Positions 1-8,969 of a stretch of 64,000 nucleotides of DNA are shown here, in pieces. Position 1 is the first letter of the stretch, and each line of letters starts with the position of its first letter. The notes under the pieces are model-generated. The model was not told the DNA's origin and did no database searches. It saw nothing but the letters and a program-made list of their open reading frames with translations. The stretch comes from Candidatus Omnitrophota bacterium (GTDB lineage Bacteria; Omnitrophota; Gorgyraeia; 2-02-FULL-51-18), in assembly GCA_016197155.1 (NCBI GenBank), contig JACPWF010000025.1:28276-92275 (forward strand), in the 5' to 3' direction. The translations under genes and the position numbers were made by a program.

Positions 1-678
1 TGCTTTGCGCGCCACAAAATAGATCCCCAAAGGTCCTGGGAACGGCTTGAGCCGCATCTTTTTCAGGGCGCCAGGCTGATAGGCATAAATCTTCCAAGGA
101 TCGGTGTCATGCCGCTCCGTGTACTGAAAAATGTATGAGGTCTCAATTTTGTAACCGTTGGCGGCATAGAATTCGTAAAAAAAAGTGGGTGAATACATGT
201 AAAAGCCATGGTCCACGTGGTTAGTGGAAGGCGCACCATGAATGACGCGCCCTCCGACTTTCAGCAGGCGATGGATGTTCCTCAACGCCGCGGCCTGGTC
301 AAACACGTGTTCCAGAGTCCCGCCGTCCAAGATCACGTCATAAAAGCCATAAAGCCCCTCGGGAACCGGCAGGTTGAGATCAAGCGTATGCGTGGATTGC
401 TCATAATCCGAAACATCCAAACTGTGCACCGTCTTAAAACCCAGCGCCGAAAAAAAAGTCTGGTCGTCCATGCATCCCCTCTCCGCCAGTTCCGGATGAT
501 GGGACTTATCGACAAAGGCGAGCCCGGCCAGTTTCACCCCATGCCAAGCGGCCCATCGGATCAATTCATCCATGTTGAAGTAAACCAGTTGTCTTCCCAG
601 CTCGAGAATGGAGCCGTTGAATGGACTCTTTTGGGCTTCCGATAAAAGCAGGCGGGCCATCCCCCGCGCGATACCCAT
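1..678 (-). CDS. SAM-dependent methyltransferase (class I fold), 3' part; gene continues past window start
   Basis: Minus-strand frame read by hand from ATG ~678: MGIARGMARLLLSEAQKSPFNGSILELG...LDLNLPVPEGLYGFYDVILDGGTLEHVFD...LLKVGGRVIHGAPS; motif-I-like ILELG and motif-II-like DVILDGG...LEHV. Not in ORF track because it runs off the window edge. The forward ORF 208-645 is its antisense. Confidence 0.5.
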   Translation of the reverse strand, partial: MGIARGMARLLLSEAQKSPFNGSILELGRQLVYFNMDELIRWAAWHGVKLAGLAFVDKSHHPELAERGCMDDQTFFSALGFKTVHSLDVSDYEQSTHTLDLNLPVPEGLYGFYDVILDGGTLEHVFDQAAALRNIHRLLKVGGRVIHGAPSTNHVDHGFYMYSPTFFYEFYAANGYKIETSYIFQYTERHDTDPWKIYAYQPGALKKMRLKPFPGPLGIYFVARKA

Positions 679-2562
679 TCAGGATATGATCGCCGGTGAA
701 GACTGCCGAACCTGGTCCGCATTGATCGCATCCTTTCGAAAATGGCCTTGTATCTTCCAATATTCGAAAAATGGGCCGCGACTATCCAAAAGTTCGTCGA
801 GGGTCCCTTGCTCCACCACTTGTCCGTTTTCAATCACAACGATCTTATCCGCGTCGGCAATAGTCGAAAGCCGGTGAGCAATTACAATCGCTGTTCGACC
901 TTTGATGCTTTCCGCGATCGCGCTTTGAACTCGTTTCTCCGTCTTTGCATCCATCGCGCTTGTAGCCTCGTCCAATATCAGGATATCCGCGCCCTTTAAG
1001 AGCGCCCGGGCAATCATGACCCGCTGTCTTTCACCACCCGACAGCAAAACCCCCCTGTCTCCCATGAGTGACTCTAGTCCCAACGGCAAGCGCTCAACCA
1101 CCTTCCCAAGCTCGGCCATCCTGATGACTCTTTGAATTTCGTCCTCTGAGATCCCTCTGTCCAGGCCATAACAAAGATTATTCCGAAGCGTGTCATTGAA
1201 AAACATCGGTTCTTGGGCCACAAAGGCGACACGGTCCATGAGAGAACGCCGGCTGAAATCCCGTACGTCTTTGCCGTCCAAAAAAATACTGCCGGGCGGG
1301 CATTCATAAAAACGCATGAGAAGATGAGCAACCGTCGTCTTCCCCGCTCCGGTCGATCCAACAATCGCTGTCGTCTGCCCCTTTTTCAAAGACAGGCTCA
1401 GGTTGCGCAATACGGGAACGTCCGGCAAATAGCCGAAGTTGAGATTCCTGATTTCGATGCTCTCACGCAGAGATTGAAAGGTTTTTGTGCCTTCTGAAAT
1501 GTAGTATTTTTTCTCTTCATTCATGATATAGCGAATATAAACTAGTGTGCCCTCCGCACGGGCCACGGAAATGTTAAATTGTGTGAGAGCCCCGAAAAGC
1601 GGGATGGTTCTCATCGCTACCAAAAAAAAGACAAGATGGGAGGAAACGTTTCGGTGCCCGGAATCCGAAGAAAACTGCATCATGAGAAACGCCACAAATC
1701 CAAGCAAGGCAATTCTGGACAACTCTTGAATGGGCGCAATCAGCAACTCCTTTTTCTTCGCTTCATGATCAAGAAGGATTTGTTTGTCGCTCAATTCCGT
1801 CAGACGGCTCACCTCATCTTTTTCACAAGCATAGGCTTTAACCAGTCCGATAGCTGAAACGACGTTAAACACTCGGAGAGAAAAATCAAGATACGATGTC
1901 TCCTGGGAAAGCGAAGACTCTTTGAGCTGCTGGATCAGCCGCCCAAAGAAAAAATGGTGCACGGGGAAAGTAATCACAAGAAAGAGCGTGAGTTTCCAGG
2001 AAATCCAACACATGAAAAAAAGATAGGCGGCCAGGAGCATCACCTGGCCGAGAAATCGCCGCAGGCTGCCCAGTTGGCCAGTGATGGTTTCGGATCCCCT
2101 GATCATCGTCTTGCTGATGTCACTCACGGCAATACCATCATAAAATTGTTTTCCAAAGGCCAGACACCTGCCAATGATGAGTTTCCGGACGTTGCGGTCC
2201 ACAATTTTGCTTTGTTGATCCATGTTGAGGCTCGAGAAATAAACTAGAAAATTTTTGACAACAAGCGAAATAACGATCGTGGACAAAAGCAGGACAAGAT
2301 AAGAGGCGGGGCTGGAAAATACGCTTGGGAAAAATTTCTGGACGTGTGAAATCAGCCCCAACTTGTCATGGACCGTCGTAAAATTCCCCTCGATAAGTCC
2401 GCGCAGGAATTTGATCAAAAGAGCCATTCCCAACAGATTAAATACGACCGAGAGCGCCGTGCAACCAATGGCTAGAAAGAAATGAATTGGGACTATGCCC
2501 ATGCGGCGGAAGAAATCAACTAGCTCCCGAATTTGAGTCAACGAATTGGATTTACCTTCCAT
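679..2562 (-). CDS. ABC transporter, fused permease/ATP-binding subunit (MsbA-like exporter)
   Basis: 627-aa ORF: N-terminal multi-TM region; Walker A GSTGAGKTT, signature LSGGERQR, Walker B ILILDEAT, H-loop IAHRLST. Confidence 0.85.
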   Translation of the reverse strand: MEGKSNSLTQIRELVDFFRRMGIVPIHFFLAIGCTALSVVFNLLGMALLIKFLRGLIEGNFTTVHDKLGLISHVQKFFPSVFSSPASYLVLLLSTIVISLVVKNFLVYFSSLNMDQQSKIVDRNVRKLIIGRCLAFGKQFYDGIAVSDISKTMIRGSETITGQLGSLRRFLGQVMLLAAYLFFMCWISWKLTLFLVITFPVHHFFFGRLIQQLKESSLSQETSYLDFSLRVFNVVSAIGLVKAYACEKDEVSRLTELSDKQILLDHEAKKKELLIAPIQELSRIALLGFVAFLMMQFSSDSGHRNVSSHLVFFLVAMRTIPLFGALTQFNISVARAEGTLVYIRYIMNEEKKYYISEGTKTFQSLRESIEIRNLNFGYLPDVPVLRNLSLSLKKGQTTAIVGSTGAGKTTVAHLLMRFYECPPGSIFLDGKDVRDFSRRSLMDRVAFVAQEPMFFNDTLRNNLCYGLDRGISEDEIQRVIRMAELGKVVERLPLGLESLMGDRGVLLSGGERQRVMIARALLKGADILILDEATSAMDAKTEKRVQSAIAESIKGRTAIVIAHRLSTIADADKIVVIENGQVVEQGTLDELLDSRGPFFEYWKIQGHFRKDAINADQVRQSSPAIIS

Positions 2563-3259
2563 TCTTTTTTACTCCCACGCCAACCGCCATTAAATAATGG
2601 GCCATCGGATAAAAACCGGTGTGCACAATTTCATCGTTCATCGAGAAAACGAACACATTGTGAAAACACCGTGTCAAAAGTTTTCTCAAACCCTCCGAAT
2701 TCTTCAGATTCACGTGCGCGATCCGACTGCGGGGGCTGGCATACTTGCGAGCTTCCTTGTTGGGAGTGCCCAGAATCAAAATTCCTTGAGGTGCGAGCGA
2801 TTTACAAATATTTCTCACAAAATGCCTTTCCAAAACCCTCGGAATATGCTCGATCACATCCAATGAATACGCCGCATCGAATTTTCGACCTGTCACCCGG
2901 TTTTTTGTAATATCAAGCACCGAAAAACGGCATTTTTTGATCCCCTCATGCCACAAACGATCCTGCGCATCGTGGATCACAAACGGCTCAAGATCTACAC
3001 CATGGACAAAACCAACTGTTTGGAGCATTACCGGGATGCCTATGGCATCGCCGCAGCCCACTTCCAGCACGCGCACGCAACCCGCGAGCATCTTGGCACA
3101 AAACTTGTATCGTGCCAGCAGAAACCCCAGATGCTTTGGATCGCTTCGCCAGATGTTACTGCTCCACGGCCCCAGGTGTGCGGCACCTCTTTGCCGATAG
3201 TCGTCAAGCTGACTATCCTGGGCCAGATGCTGTTTCTGTTTCGCGTCGATCCGGGTCAT
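2552..3259 (-). CDS. class I SAM-dependent methyltransferase
   Basis: Motif I VLEVGCGDAIG; ~235 aa. Start assigned to internal Met (MTRIDAK) giving an ATGA start/stop overlap with panB at 3256-3259. Confidence 0.7.
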   Translation of the reverse strand: MTRIDAKQKQHLAQDSQLDDYRQRGAAHLGPWSSNIWRSDPKHLGFLLARYKFCAKMLAGCVRVLEVGCGDAIGIPVMLQTVGFVHGVDLEPFVIHDAQDRLWHEGIKKCRFSVLDITKNRVTGRKFDAAYSLDVIEHIPRVLERHFVRNICKSLAPQGILILGTPNKEARKYASPRSRIAHVNLKNSEGLRKLLTRCFHNVFVFSMNDEIVHTGFYPMAHYLMAVGVGVKKNGR

Positions 3260-4146
3260 TTTGGAGATTCGACGACGTATTTCCACCGGGGATCCGCCAA
3301 CATTCTCTCGAGTTCTTCGTCTTTCAATTCATAAAAATGCTCGCTTGAGGGAAATTTTCCTGTACGCACTTCGGATGCGTACTGTCTCAGCGACTGCTCA
3401 ATCACCCTGCCCACCTCGCAATAGCGCTTGACAAATTTGGACTTGAATTCAAAAAACATGCCTATCAAATCATGCAGAATCACCAGCTGACCGTCCACCT
3501 GATCGCCGGCGCCGATGCCGTAAACCGGGATTTTTAAATTTTTGGCGACATAGCCGGCCGATTCCCGCGGCATCGCCTCGAGCAATAAAAGCCGGCAACC
3601 GGCCTCTTGCAGAGCGATCGCCTGCTCCAATATCCTGTCGGTTTCTTTCTTTGTCTTTCCCTGCACACGGTAGCCGCTTAGCATGGCCCGCGTTTGAGGT
3701 GTCAGACCCAGATGGCTCATCACGACAATGCCGGCGTCGGCAATCGCTTTGACCCGGTCCACCATGGCGCCTTCGACCTTCACCGCATCGCAGCCCCCTT
3801 CCTGCAAAAACCGGCCCGCATTGCGCACGGCAATTTCGTTGGAGACCTGGTAGGACATGAAAGGCATGTCCCCGATCTGCATGGCCTTTTTGTTGGCCCG
3901 CCAAACACCTCGGCAATGGCTGATCATGTCCTCCATCGTGACGGCAATGGTCGTCTTGTAGCCAAGTGTCGTCATCCCTAGCGAATCTCCCACCAGCACG
4001 ATATCCACTCCGGCGCGGTCGGCCAACAACGCCTCCGGATAAGTGTACGCGGTAACGGCCACCACTTTTTCTTTTTCTTCTTTTTTTCTCTCAAGCGTCA
4101 CCAGCGTTGTGCGCGGCCTGTCCATCGGACCGGAATTTTCTAGCAT
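3256..4146 (-). CDS. panB: 3-methyl-2-oxobutanoate hydroxymethyltransferase (ketopantoate hydroxymethyltransferase)
   Basis: Strong similarity to PanB along its length: VTAYTYPEALLADRAGVDIVLVGDSLGMT..., HLGLTPQ, IGAGDQVDGQLVILHD. Confidence 0.8.
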   Translation of the reverse strand: MLENSGPMDRPRTTLVTLERKKEEKEKVVAVTAYTYPEALLADRAGVDIVLVGDSLGMTTLGYKTTIAVTMEDMISHCRGVWRANKKAMQIGDMPFMSYQVSNEIAVRNAGRFLQEGGCDAVKVEGAMVDRVKAIADAGIVVMSHLGLTPQTRAMLSGYRVQGKTKKETDRILEQAIALQEAGCRLLLLEAMPRESAGYVAKNLKIPVYGIGAGDQVDGQLVILHDLIGMFFEFKSKFVKRYCEVGRVIEQSLRQYASEVRTGKFPSSEHFYELKDEELERMLADPRWKYVVESPK

Positions 4147-5954
4147 AGCGTTTTACTCCCTTTTAGTCTTTCTTTCTCCACTAATGTTGAGAACGCCTTT
4201 TCAATCTCCTTTAATTCCTCGGATCCGAGCTTGGGGTCCAAATCTTCGAGCGAGCCTCCAAATTTCAGCATCGGGACAATCCTTTGGTTTGGGAATATTT
4301 CCACGTTGCACAAGACGGGCCCCTGGCTTTGAAGGGCCTCACGGATCTGCCGACTCATTTTGGCGTGATCGCAGATATTCACGGTTTTCATGCCAAACGC
4401 CTGGCCGCTTTTCAAAAAATCGGGAAAGGCCAGACCGGTCGGTTCATCCACTCCTTCATACCGGGAATCCAGCCAGGTGTCCAGCGTCTGTTTTTGAATG
4501 CCGTGCCCATGGTTATTGAAAATGAAAACCGTGACAGGCAGGTGATGCCGGACCAGTGTCGCCAGTTCAGCCAGGCACATCATGATCCCGCCGTCACCGA
4601 TGATGCACAGGACGCGGCGATGACCCGCCGCCAGCGCCGCACCGATGCTCGCCGGCAGGGAATACCCCATCGGCGAATGGTTCCAGGCCGAAAAAAGACG
4701 CTGGCCGGGCTTGACGCGCCAGGCCTGCATCGTCCAGCTTAAATTTCCCCCGGCGTCGGTGATCACGATATCGTTTTCGCCGGATTGCTTCGAAAGCTCC
4801 TCCACAAACAGGTAGGCGTCCACACTGTCCGTTTTTTCAGACAGCCCGTCTGGTGCAATTGGAAACCGGCGCCGTAAGAGGCGGATAAAATCCAGCCAAT
4901 GATCGCGTTCCGAAGCCCGCACGGAAAAATCAACGGAAGAACAGTTTTGAAAAAATTCCCGGATACCGCTTTGAATCGGCAGATCCACCTTCACGCCGCA
5001 AGGGGCAAACTTTGCAAATTCTTCGGCGTCGATATCCACCACCGCCTTGCGTGCGTCCGGGGCGAAAAGCTCCTGCCTGCCGCCCGTGATCATTTGAGAG
5101 AGCCGGGTTCCCACCGCCAAAATCAGATCCGCCCTCTGGACCGTGAAGTTGCCCGCGCGCGGTCCGCACACGCCCAGCCCTCCCGCGCTGATCGGGTGGT
5201 CATACGGTATCAAATCGGCCCCACCCCATGTCAATAGGACCGGGATCCCTAATCGGTTGGCAAAATCAATCGCTTCTCTCTCAGCCTTTGCCAAACGGAT
5301 ACCCGCGCCATAAATGAGGACCGGACGCCGGCTTTGCTTCACCAAGGCGCATAATTTCTCCGGCCAATCGAATAACGGGGTTAGGCCCTGGGTCGAAGGC
5401 CCCGGCGCCTCAAACCGCTCCAATTTTTCAGGATCCACATCCACCCGCTGAACATCATCCGGAATGTCCAAAAGCACGGGGCCCGGACGGCCCGAACGCG
5501 CCAGCCAAAGCGCTTTTTCAAGCTCGTAGCGGATCAACGCCGGATCCTCAACCAAAACGGCATATTTGGTGACCGGTTTGAAAATGGAAACCACGTCCGT
5601 CTCCTGGAAACCTTTTTGCCTCAAACACCCGTTTTTCTTCAGACGGAAACGGGCCACCTGGCCGGTGAGAAAAAGTGAAGGGATAGAATCAAAATAAGCG
5701 CAACAGACGCCCGTGAGAAGGTTGGTGGCGCCCGGGCCGCTGGTCGTGATGGCCACGCCGAGGTTACCCGTGATTCGTGAATAGGCGTCCGCGGCCATCG
5801 CGGCGGCCTGTTCGTGTTGCGGACAAATGTACCGGAGGGAAGGGTGCCTGGCCACCGAATCCACCAAATGAATCGCGGCCCCGCCGGAAATCAAGAACAC
5901 GTGCCTGACTCCCTGACGCGCGATGAAATCGGCAACGTAGTCGGACAGTTTCAT
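4140..5954 (-). CDS. thiamine-diphosphate-dependent enzyme, acetolactate synthase large-subunit family (specific reaction unknown)
   Basis: ALS/IlvB-like N-terminal Pyr domain (GVRHVFLISGGAAIHLVD, TSGPGATNLLTG), SGRPGPVLLDIP, C-terminal TPP motif IIGDGG...N. Start placed at MKLSDYVADF (ATGA overlap with SDR stop at 5951-5954). Confidence 0.8.
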   Translation of the reverse strand: MKLSDYVADFIARQGVRHVFLISGGAAIHLVDSVARHPSLRYICPQHEQAAAMAADAYSRITGNLGVAITTSGPGATNLLTGVCCAYFDSIPSLFLTGQVARFRLKKNGCLRQKGFQETDVVSIFKPVTKYAVLVEDPALIRYELEKALWLARSGRPGPVLLDIPDDVQRVDVDPEKLERFEAPGPSTQGLTPLFDWPEKLCALVKQSRRPVLIYGAGIRLAKAEREAIDFANRLGIPVLLTWGGADLIPYDHPISAGGLGVCGPRAGNFTVQRADLILAVGTRLSQMITGGRQELFAPDARKAVVDIDAEEFAKFAPCGVKVDLPIQSGIREFFQNCSSVDFSVRASERDHWLDFIRLLRRRFPIAPDGLSEKTDSVDAYLFVEELSKQSGENDIVITDAGGNLSWTMQAWRVKPGQRLFSAWNHSPMGYSLPASIGAALAAGHRRVLCIIGDGGIMMCLAELATLVRHHLPVTVFIFNNHGHGIQKQTLDTWLDSRYEGVDEPTGLAFPDFLKSGQAFGMKTVNICDHAKMSRQIREALQSQGPVLCNVEIFPNQRIVPMLKFGGSLEDLDPKLGSEELKEIEKAFSTLVEKERLKGSKTLC

Positions 5955-6739
5955 CGCAATCCCGGCTCCACAAAAAAATGCCGGCTTTGGCCGCCATCGA
6001 CTGGAATAATAGCTCCTTGGCAAAATTCAGCCAAGTCCGAACATAGAAACACAACCATCGCCGCAACGTTTTCAGGCGTTCCAAAACGGCCAAGCGGGCA
6101 ACGTTCGGATAGATATTTTTTGACGTGCGCTGGACGTTCTCTAACTGCCTTGTCCCAATAACCCCCCTCGGTGAATACCGCCCCCGGCAAAACCGCGGAC
6201 ATCACGACTCCGTCCTTGGCCAGCACGCGCCCCATGCTACGCGAGTAAGCCGCCAACGCCGCCTTCGAAGTACAATAAGTCACGGGGCCGTTATTTTCCA
6301 TCGAAGAAGTTGAGCCAATATGAACGATACGACCCCATTTTTTCTTTTTCATTGCCGGAATAAAAATCTGATCCAGTTCAATTGCGATTTCCAGATTGCA
6401 ACGTAGCACCCTCCGCCAATCGCTCATCGAGCAAAAAGGATCGGTGATCTCGAGCGTCGATCCAAGATTATGCACCACCATATCCAAAGCCCCAAAATTT
6501 TTCTTAAGCCGGTGCGACAAAATGGCCGGCGCCTTGTCGGACATAAGATCCAGGGATTCACCGTAATGACCCTCTCCATACCGGCTCATTTCGTGGACTA
6601 GTGAGTGCACATCAGATTTTGTACGGGAAAATACGGAAACCTTAACCCCTTCCCTCGCCAAAGCGATCGCAATCCCGCGGCCGATCCCGCGGCCGGCGCC
6701 CGTCACAAGAGCAAGTTTTCCTTTAATTCCCAATTCCAT
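5951..6739 (-). CDS. short-chain dehydrogenase/reductase (SDR) family oxidoreductase
   Basis: N-terminal Rossmann motif LVTGAGRGIGRGIA; 262 aa; typical SDR length. Confidence 0.8.
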   Translation of the reverse strand: MELGIKGKLALVTGAGRGIGRGIAIALAREGVKVSVFSRTKSDVHSLVHEMSRYGEGHYGESLDLMSDKAPAILSHRLKKNFGALDMVVHNLGSTLEITDPFCSMSDWRRVLRCNLEIAIELDQIFIPAMKKKKWGRIVHIGSTSSMENNGPVTYCTSKAALAAYSRSMGRVLAKDGVVMSAVLPGAVFTEGGYWDKAVRERPAHVKKYLSERCPLGRFGTPENVAAMVVFLCSDLAEFCQGAIIPVDGGQSRHFFVEPGLR

Positions 6740-6756
6740 TATTCACCTTTGGACCA

Positions 6757-7731
6757 TCAGGCGTAAACATTTGATACATCCTGGTTTTCCCCGGCAAGCC
6801 ACTGATACTCTTGTTTCCAATGCAAATTCCACCTCGCGTCAGCCTGGCCGGGCGCGGCGGACCTGCTCAAGAAGTGCGCGGCGATATCCATGAGCCGGGG
6901 ATCTTTTTCCTGAGGAGAAAGTCCGCTGAAAACCCGGGAAGCTCCGAGTCTATCCCCCAACCAGGCCAGATTGATCCCATTGCACAAATTCAAAGACTTT
7001 TCGATCGCGTCAAAAAGCCGCTTGGCCGTCGGTGAGGCGTTTCGGACCTGAGACGCGGGGACAAAACGGAAATTAAAACTCAATCGCCTCCGCGACCGAG
7101 GTTTGGTCGCGCCATGAACCGTTTGAGGATCAAACACGAGCGCGTCGCCCTGTTTCAATGCGTACTGAACGATCTCGCTTTTTAGAAGCGGGTCGACTTC
7201 ATGTGCCTTACTTAGATATTCGTTTAGATTGTAGCGGTTTTTCTCCCCTTTCAAGGGAGCCGGGACAACATCCGAGACGTGCGTGGAGAAACCGCAGAGA
7301 CCGCCTGTTGACTCATTGATCTCTTCGAGCGGGACCCATATTGAAAACCCAAAAACACCATAGGCAGTGTCGTAGTGAGGTTCGGTGTATAGGAAAGCCT
7401 TCTCATGTTCTTTGGACAAGAAAACACCTGGCTGACAAAACCTCAGATAAAACAAAGGGCAAAGCATAAAATCCTCCCGGCTTCCATGGAAATCCCTCAG
7501 CTGAGGCGCCAAATAGTCCTTGATCCTCAGCAGGATCGCCGTTGACGCAAAACGAAACGTGACAATCCTCGAAACAACGGATTCTTTCTGGTGAATGCCG
7601 TTAAACTCCTCGCGTGTCCGGTTGCTGAAGTAATCCTTGTAAACGTCCTCCGAGGTCTTGTCCGCCGCATGGCGCAGCTCTTCCACAAAACTCTGCGGAA
7701 ACACACCTTTCAATAATCGCATTTGGCCCAT
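6757..7731 (-). CDS. PhyH-like Fe(II)/2-oxoglutarate-dependent dioxygenase (putative hydroxylase)
   Basis: HxD triad candidate (EPHYDTAYG), distal His (VHGATKP) and RRRLSFNFRF tail resemble the phytanoyl-CoA dioxygenase family. Start set at the internal ATG at 7731, which overlaps the upstream stop (TGATG). Confidence 0.5.
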   Translation of the reverse strand: MGQMRLLKGVFPQSFVEELRHAADKTSEDVYKDYFSNRTREEFNGIHQKESVVSRIVTFRFASTAILLRIKDYLAPQLRDFHGSREDFMLCPLFYLRFCQPGVFLSKEHEKAFLYTEPHYDTAYGVFGFSIWVPLEEINESTGGLCGFSTHVSDVVPAPLKGEKNRYNLNEYLSKAHEVDPLLKSEIVQYALKQGDALVFDPQTVHGATKPRSRRRLSFNFRFVPASQVRNASPTAKRLFDAIEKSLNLCNGINLAWLGDRLGASRVFSGLSPQEKDPRLMDIAAHFLSRSAAPGQADARWNLHWKQEYQWLAGENQDVSNVYA

Positions 7732-8969
7732 CACCACACCCCCGCGGGTAAAAAAACGGATTTGGGTCCGAGACCAAGCAGACGCCGCATGATAGGGCGA
7801 GCGCTGTCTAACGCCGTGATCAGGATATTGGCCGACCCCCATAAAATGCCCGGCCAGGGTTTGCGTATTTTCACCGCCAACGCCGGATAACACAAACCAT
7901 CCCGCCCGGGATCATCGTCCAGAATACATTCCAAAAAACCCAAGTCGCTCTTTAGATGATAGGCCAATGTCGGAACCATTTGTGCGCCCCCGTAGCCGTA
8001 CAGCGGCCCGCCCACATTTTGAACAAAATCCACGGTTTGCTCCATTCTTTGTTTGAACAAATCATGACGATGTCTGACCTGAGCGGCACTGGGAACCGGG
8101 GAGTTCGGCGGGAATACCCCTCCCGAACCGCTTTTTCCCTTCTCGAAAGCGATCAGCAAAGTGCCGTTCCAATATTGATGATTAAAAGTGTGGGCGACGT
8201 AACGCCCCCCTACGGCCTCAATCAAGCGGCAAAAGGATGCGACGCTGAAATATTGTAAATGCTGATGAAAGACCTGATCGAACCGCGAAGCGGCCAAAAG
8301 GGTCTCAAACGCCGGCACCTCGATCACAAAGAGCGCCCGGTCTGAGGCATATTTCACCCATGCCTCCAGAACCTTCCGCGGATCGGCCATGTGTTCAAAC
8401 GTGTGCGCGGAAATCACAAGATCCGGCCGATCACCCATTTCGTTCTTCAAATCCACCTCGTCGGCAAATTTCCCCAAGACGCGGATCTTCCCTTCTTTTA
8501 AAGGCCTGTCTTTCCAGATGGGATCGATACCGACCAGCCGCTTCGCTTTTGTTTGAATTTTTTTCAAAAGATACAAATCATTGCAGCCGATTTCGGCAAC
8601 CGTATGGAACGTTCTTCTTGCGAGAAATCCCTTTAGAAATGAATAAAAGAAATCGTTGCCCTGCCTGGCGATCGCGCTACGCGAGCTTCGATGGGAGTAC
8701 GTCTGGACATACAAATATTCGGGATCAATCACGTTTGAGAGTTGCGCATGCCCGCAATCTTCGCAGAGCGCTAGCATCTGGTCAAAAACCGGATAACATT
8801 CGGGACGGGGCCGGTCCACGTAAATGCCAGTCAGAGGGAATTGGGGAAGATCCAATACGGGTTCCAGATTCGCGCCGTGGCATACCGAACAACCGTTGTT
8901 ACGTAAAAACCGGATACGCGAAGCCGCTGGCGCCGTGCCTAAAGGGGGATCAGTTTGAACAGTTATCAT
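7731..8969 (-). CDS. C-methyltransferase of the TylCIII/EryBIII-like family (zinc-ribbon + SAM MTase + C-terminal C-MT domain)
   Basis: N-terminal CxxC...CxxC (CSVCHG...CEDCGHAQLSNVIDPEYLY), motif I VAEIGCNDLYLL, 412 aa, typical of NDP-hexose 3-C-methyltransferases. Confidence 0.6.
   Translation of the reverse strand: MITVQTDPPLGTAPAASRIRFLRNNGCSVCHGANLEPVLDLPQFPLTGIYVDRPRPECYPVFDQMLALCEDCGHAQLSNVIDPEYLYVQTYSHRSSRSAIARQGNDFFYSFLKGFLARRTFHTVAEIGCNDLYLLKKIQTKAKRLVGIDPIWKDRPLKEGKIRVLGKFADEVDLKNEMGDRPDLVISAHTFEHMADPRKVLEAWVKYASDRALFVIEVPAFETLLAASRFDQVFHQHLQYFSVASFCRLIEAVGGRYVAHTFNHQYWNGTLLIAFEKGKSGSGGVFPPNSPVPSAAQVRHRHDLFKQRMEQTVDFVQNVGGPLYGYGGAQMVPTLAYHLKSDLGFLECILDDDPGRDGLCYPALAVKIRKPWPGILWGSANILITALDSARPIMRRLLGLGPKSVFLPAGVW

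Noticed and set aside
208-645. 145-aa plus-strand ORF at the window start
   Set aside because: It is the antisense of a minus-strand SAM-methyltransferase reading frame that has clear motifs (DVILDGGTLEHVFD); its own translation has no recognisable features.
3256-4146. PanB as an ordinary pantothenate housekeeping gene that is merely adjacent
   Set aside because: Not fully rejected. Against it: tight translational coupling on both sides with non-pantothenate genes and absence of panC/panD/panE in the vicinity. I could not settle this either way without searching the rest of the genome for another panB.
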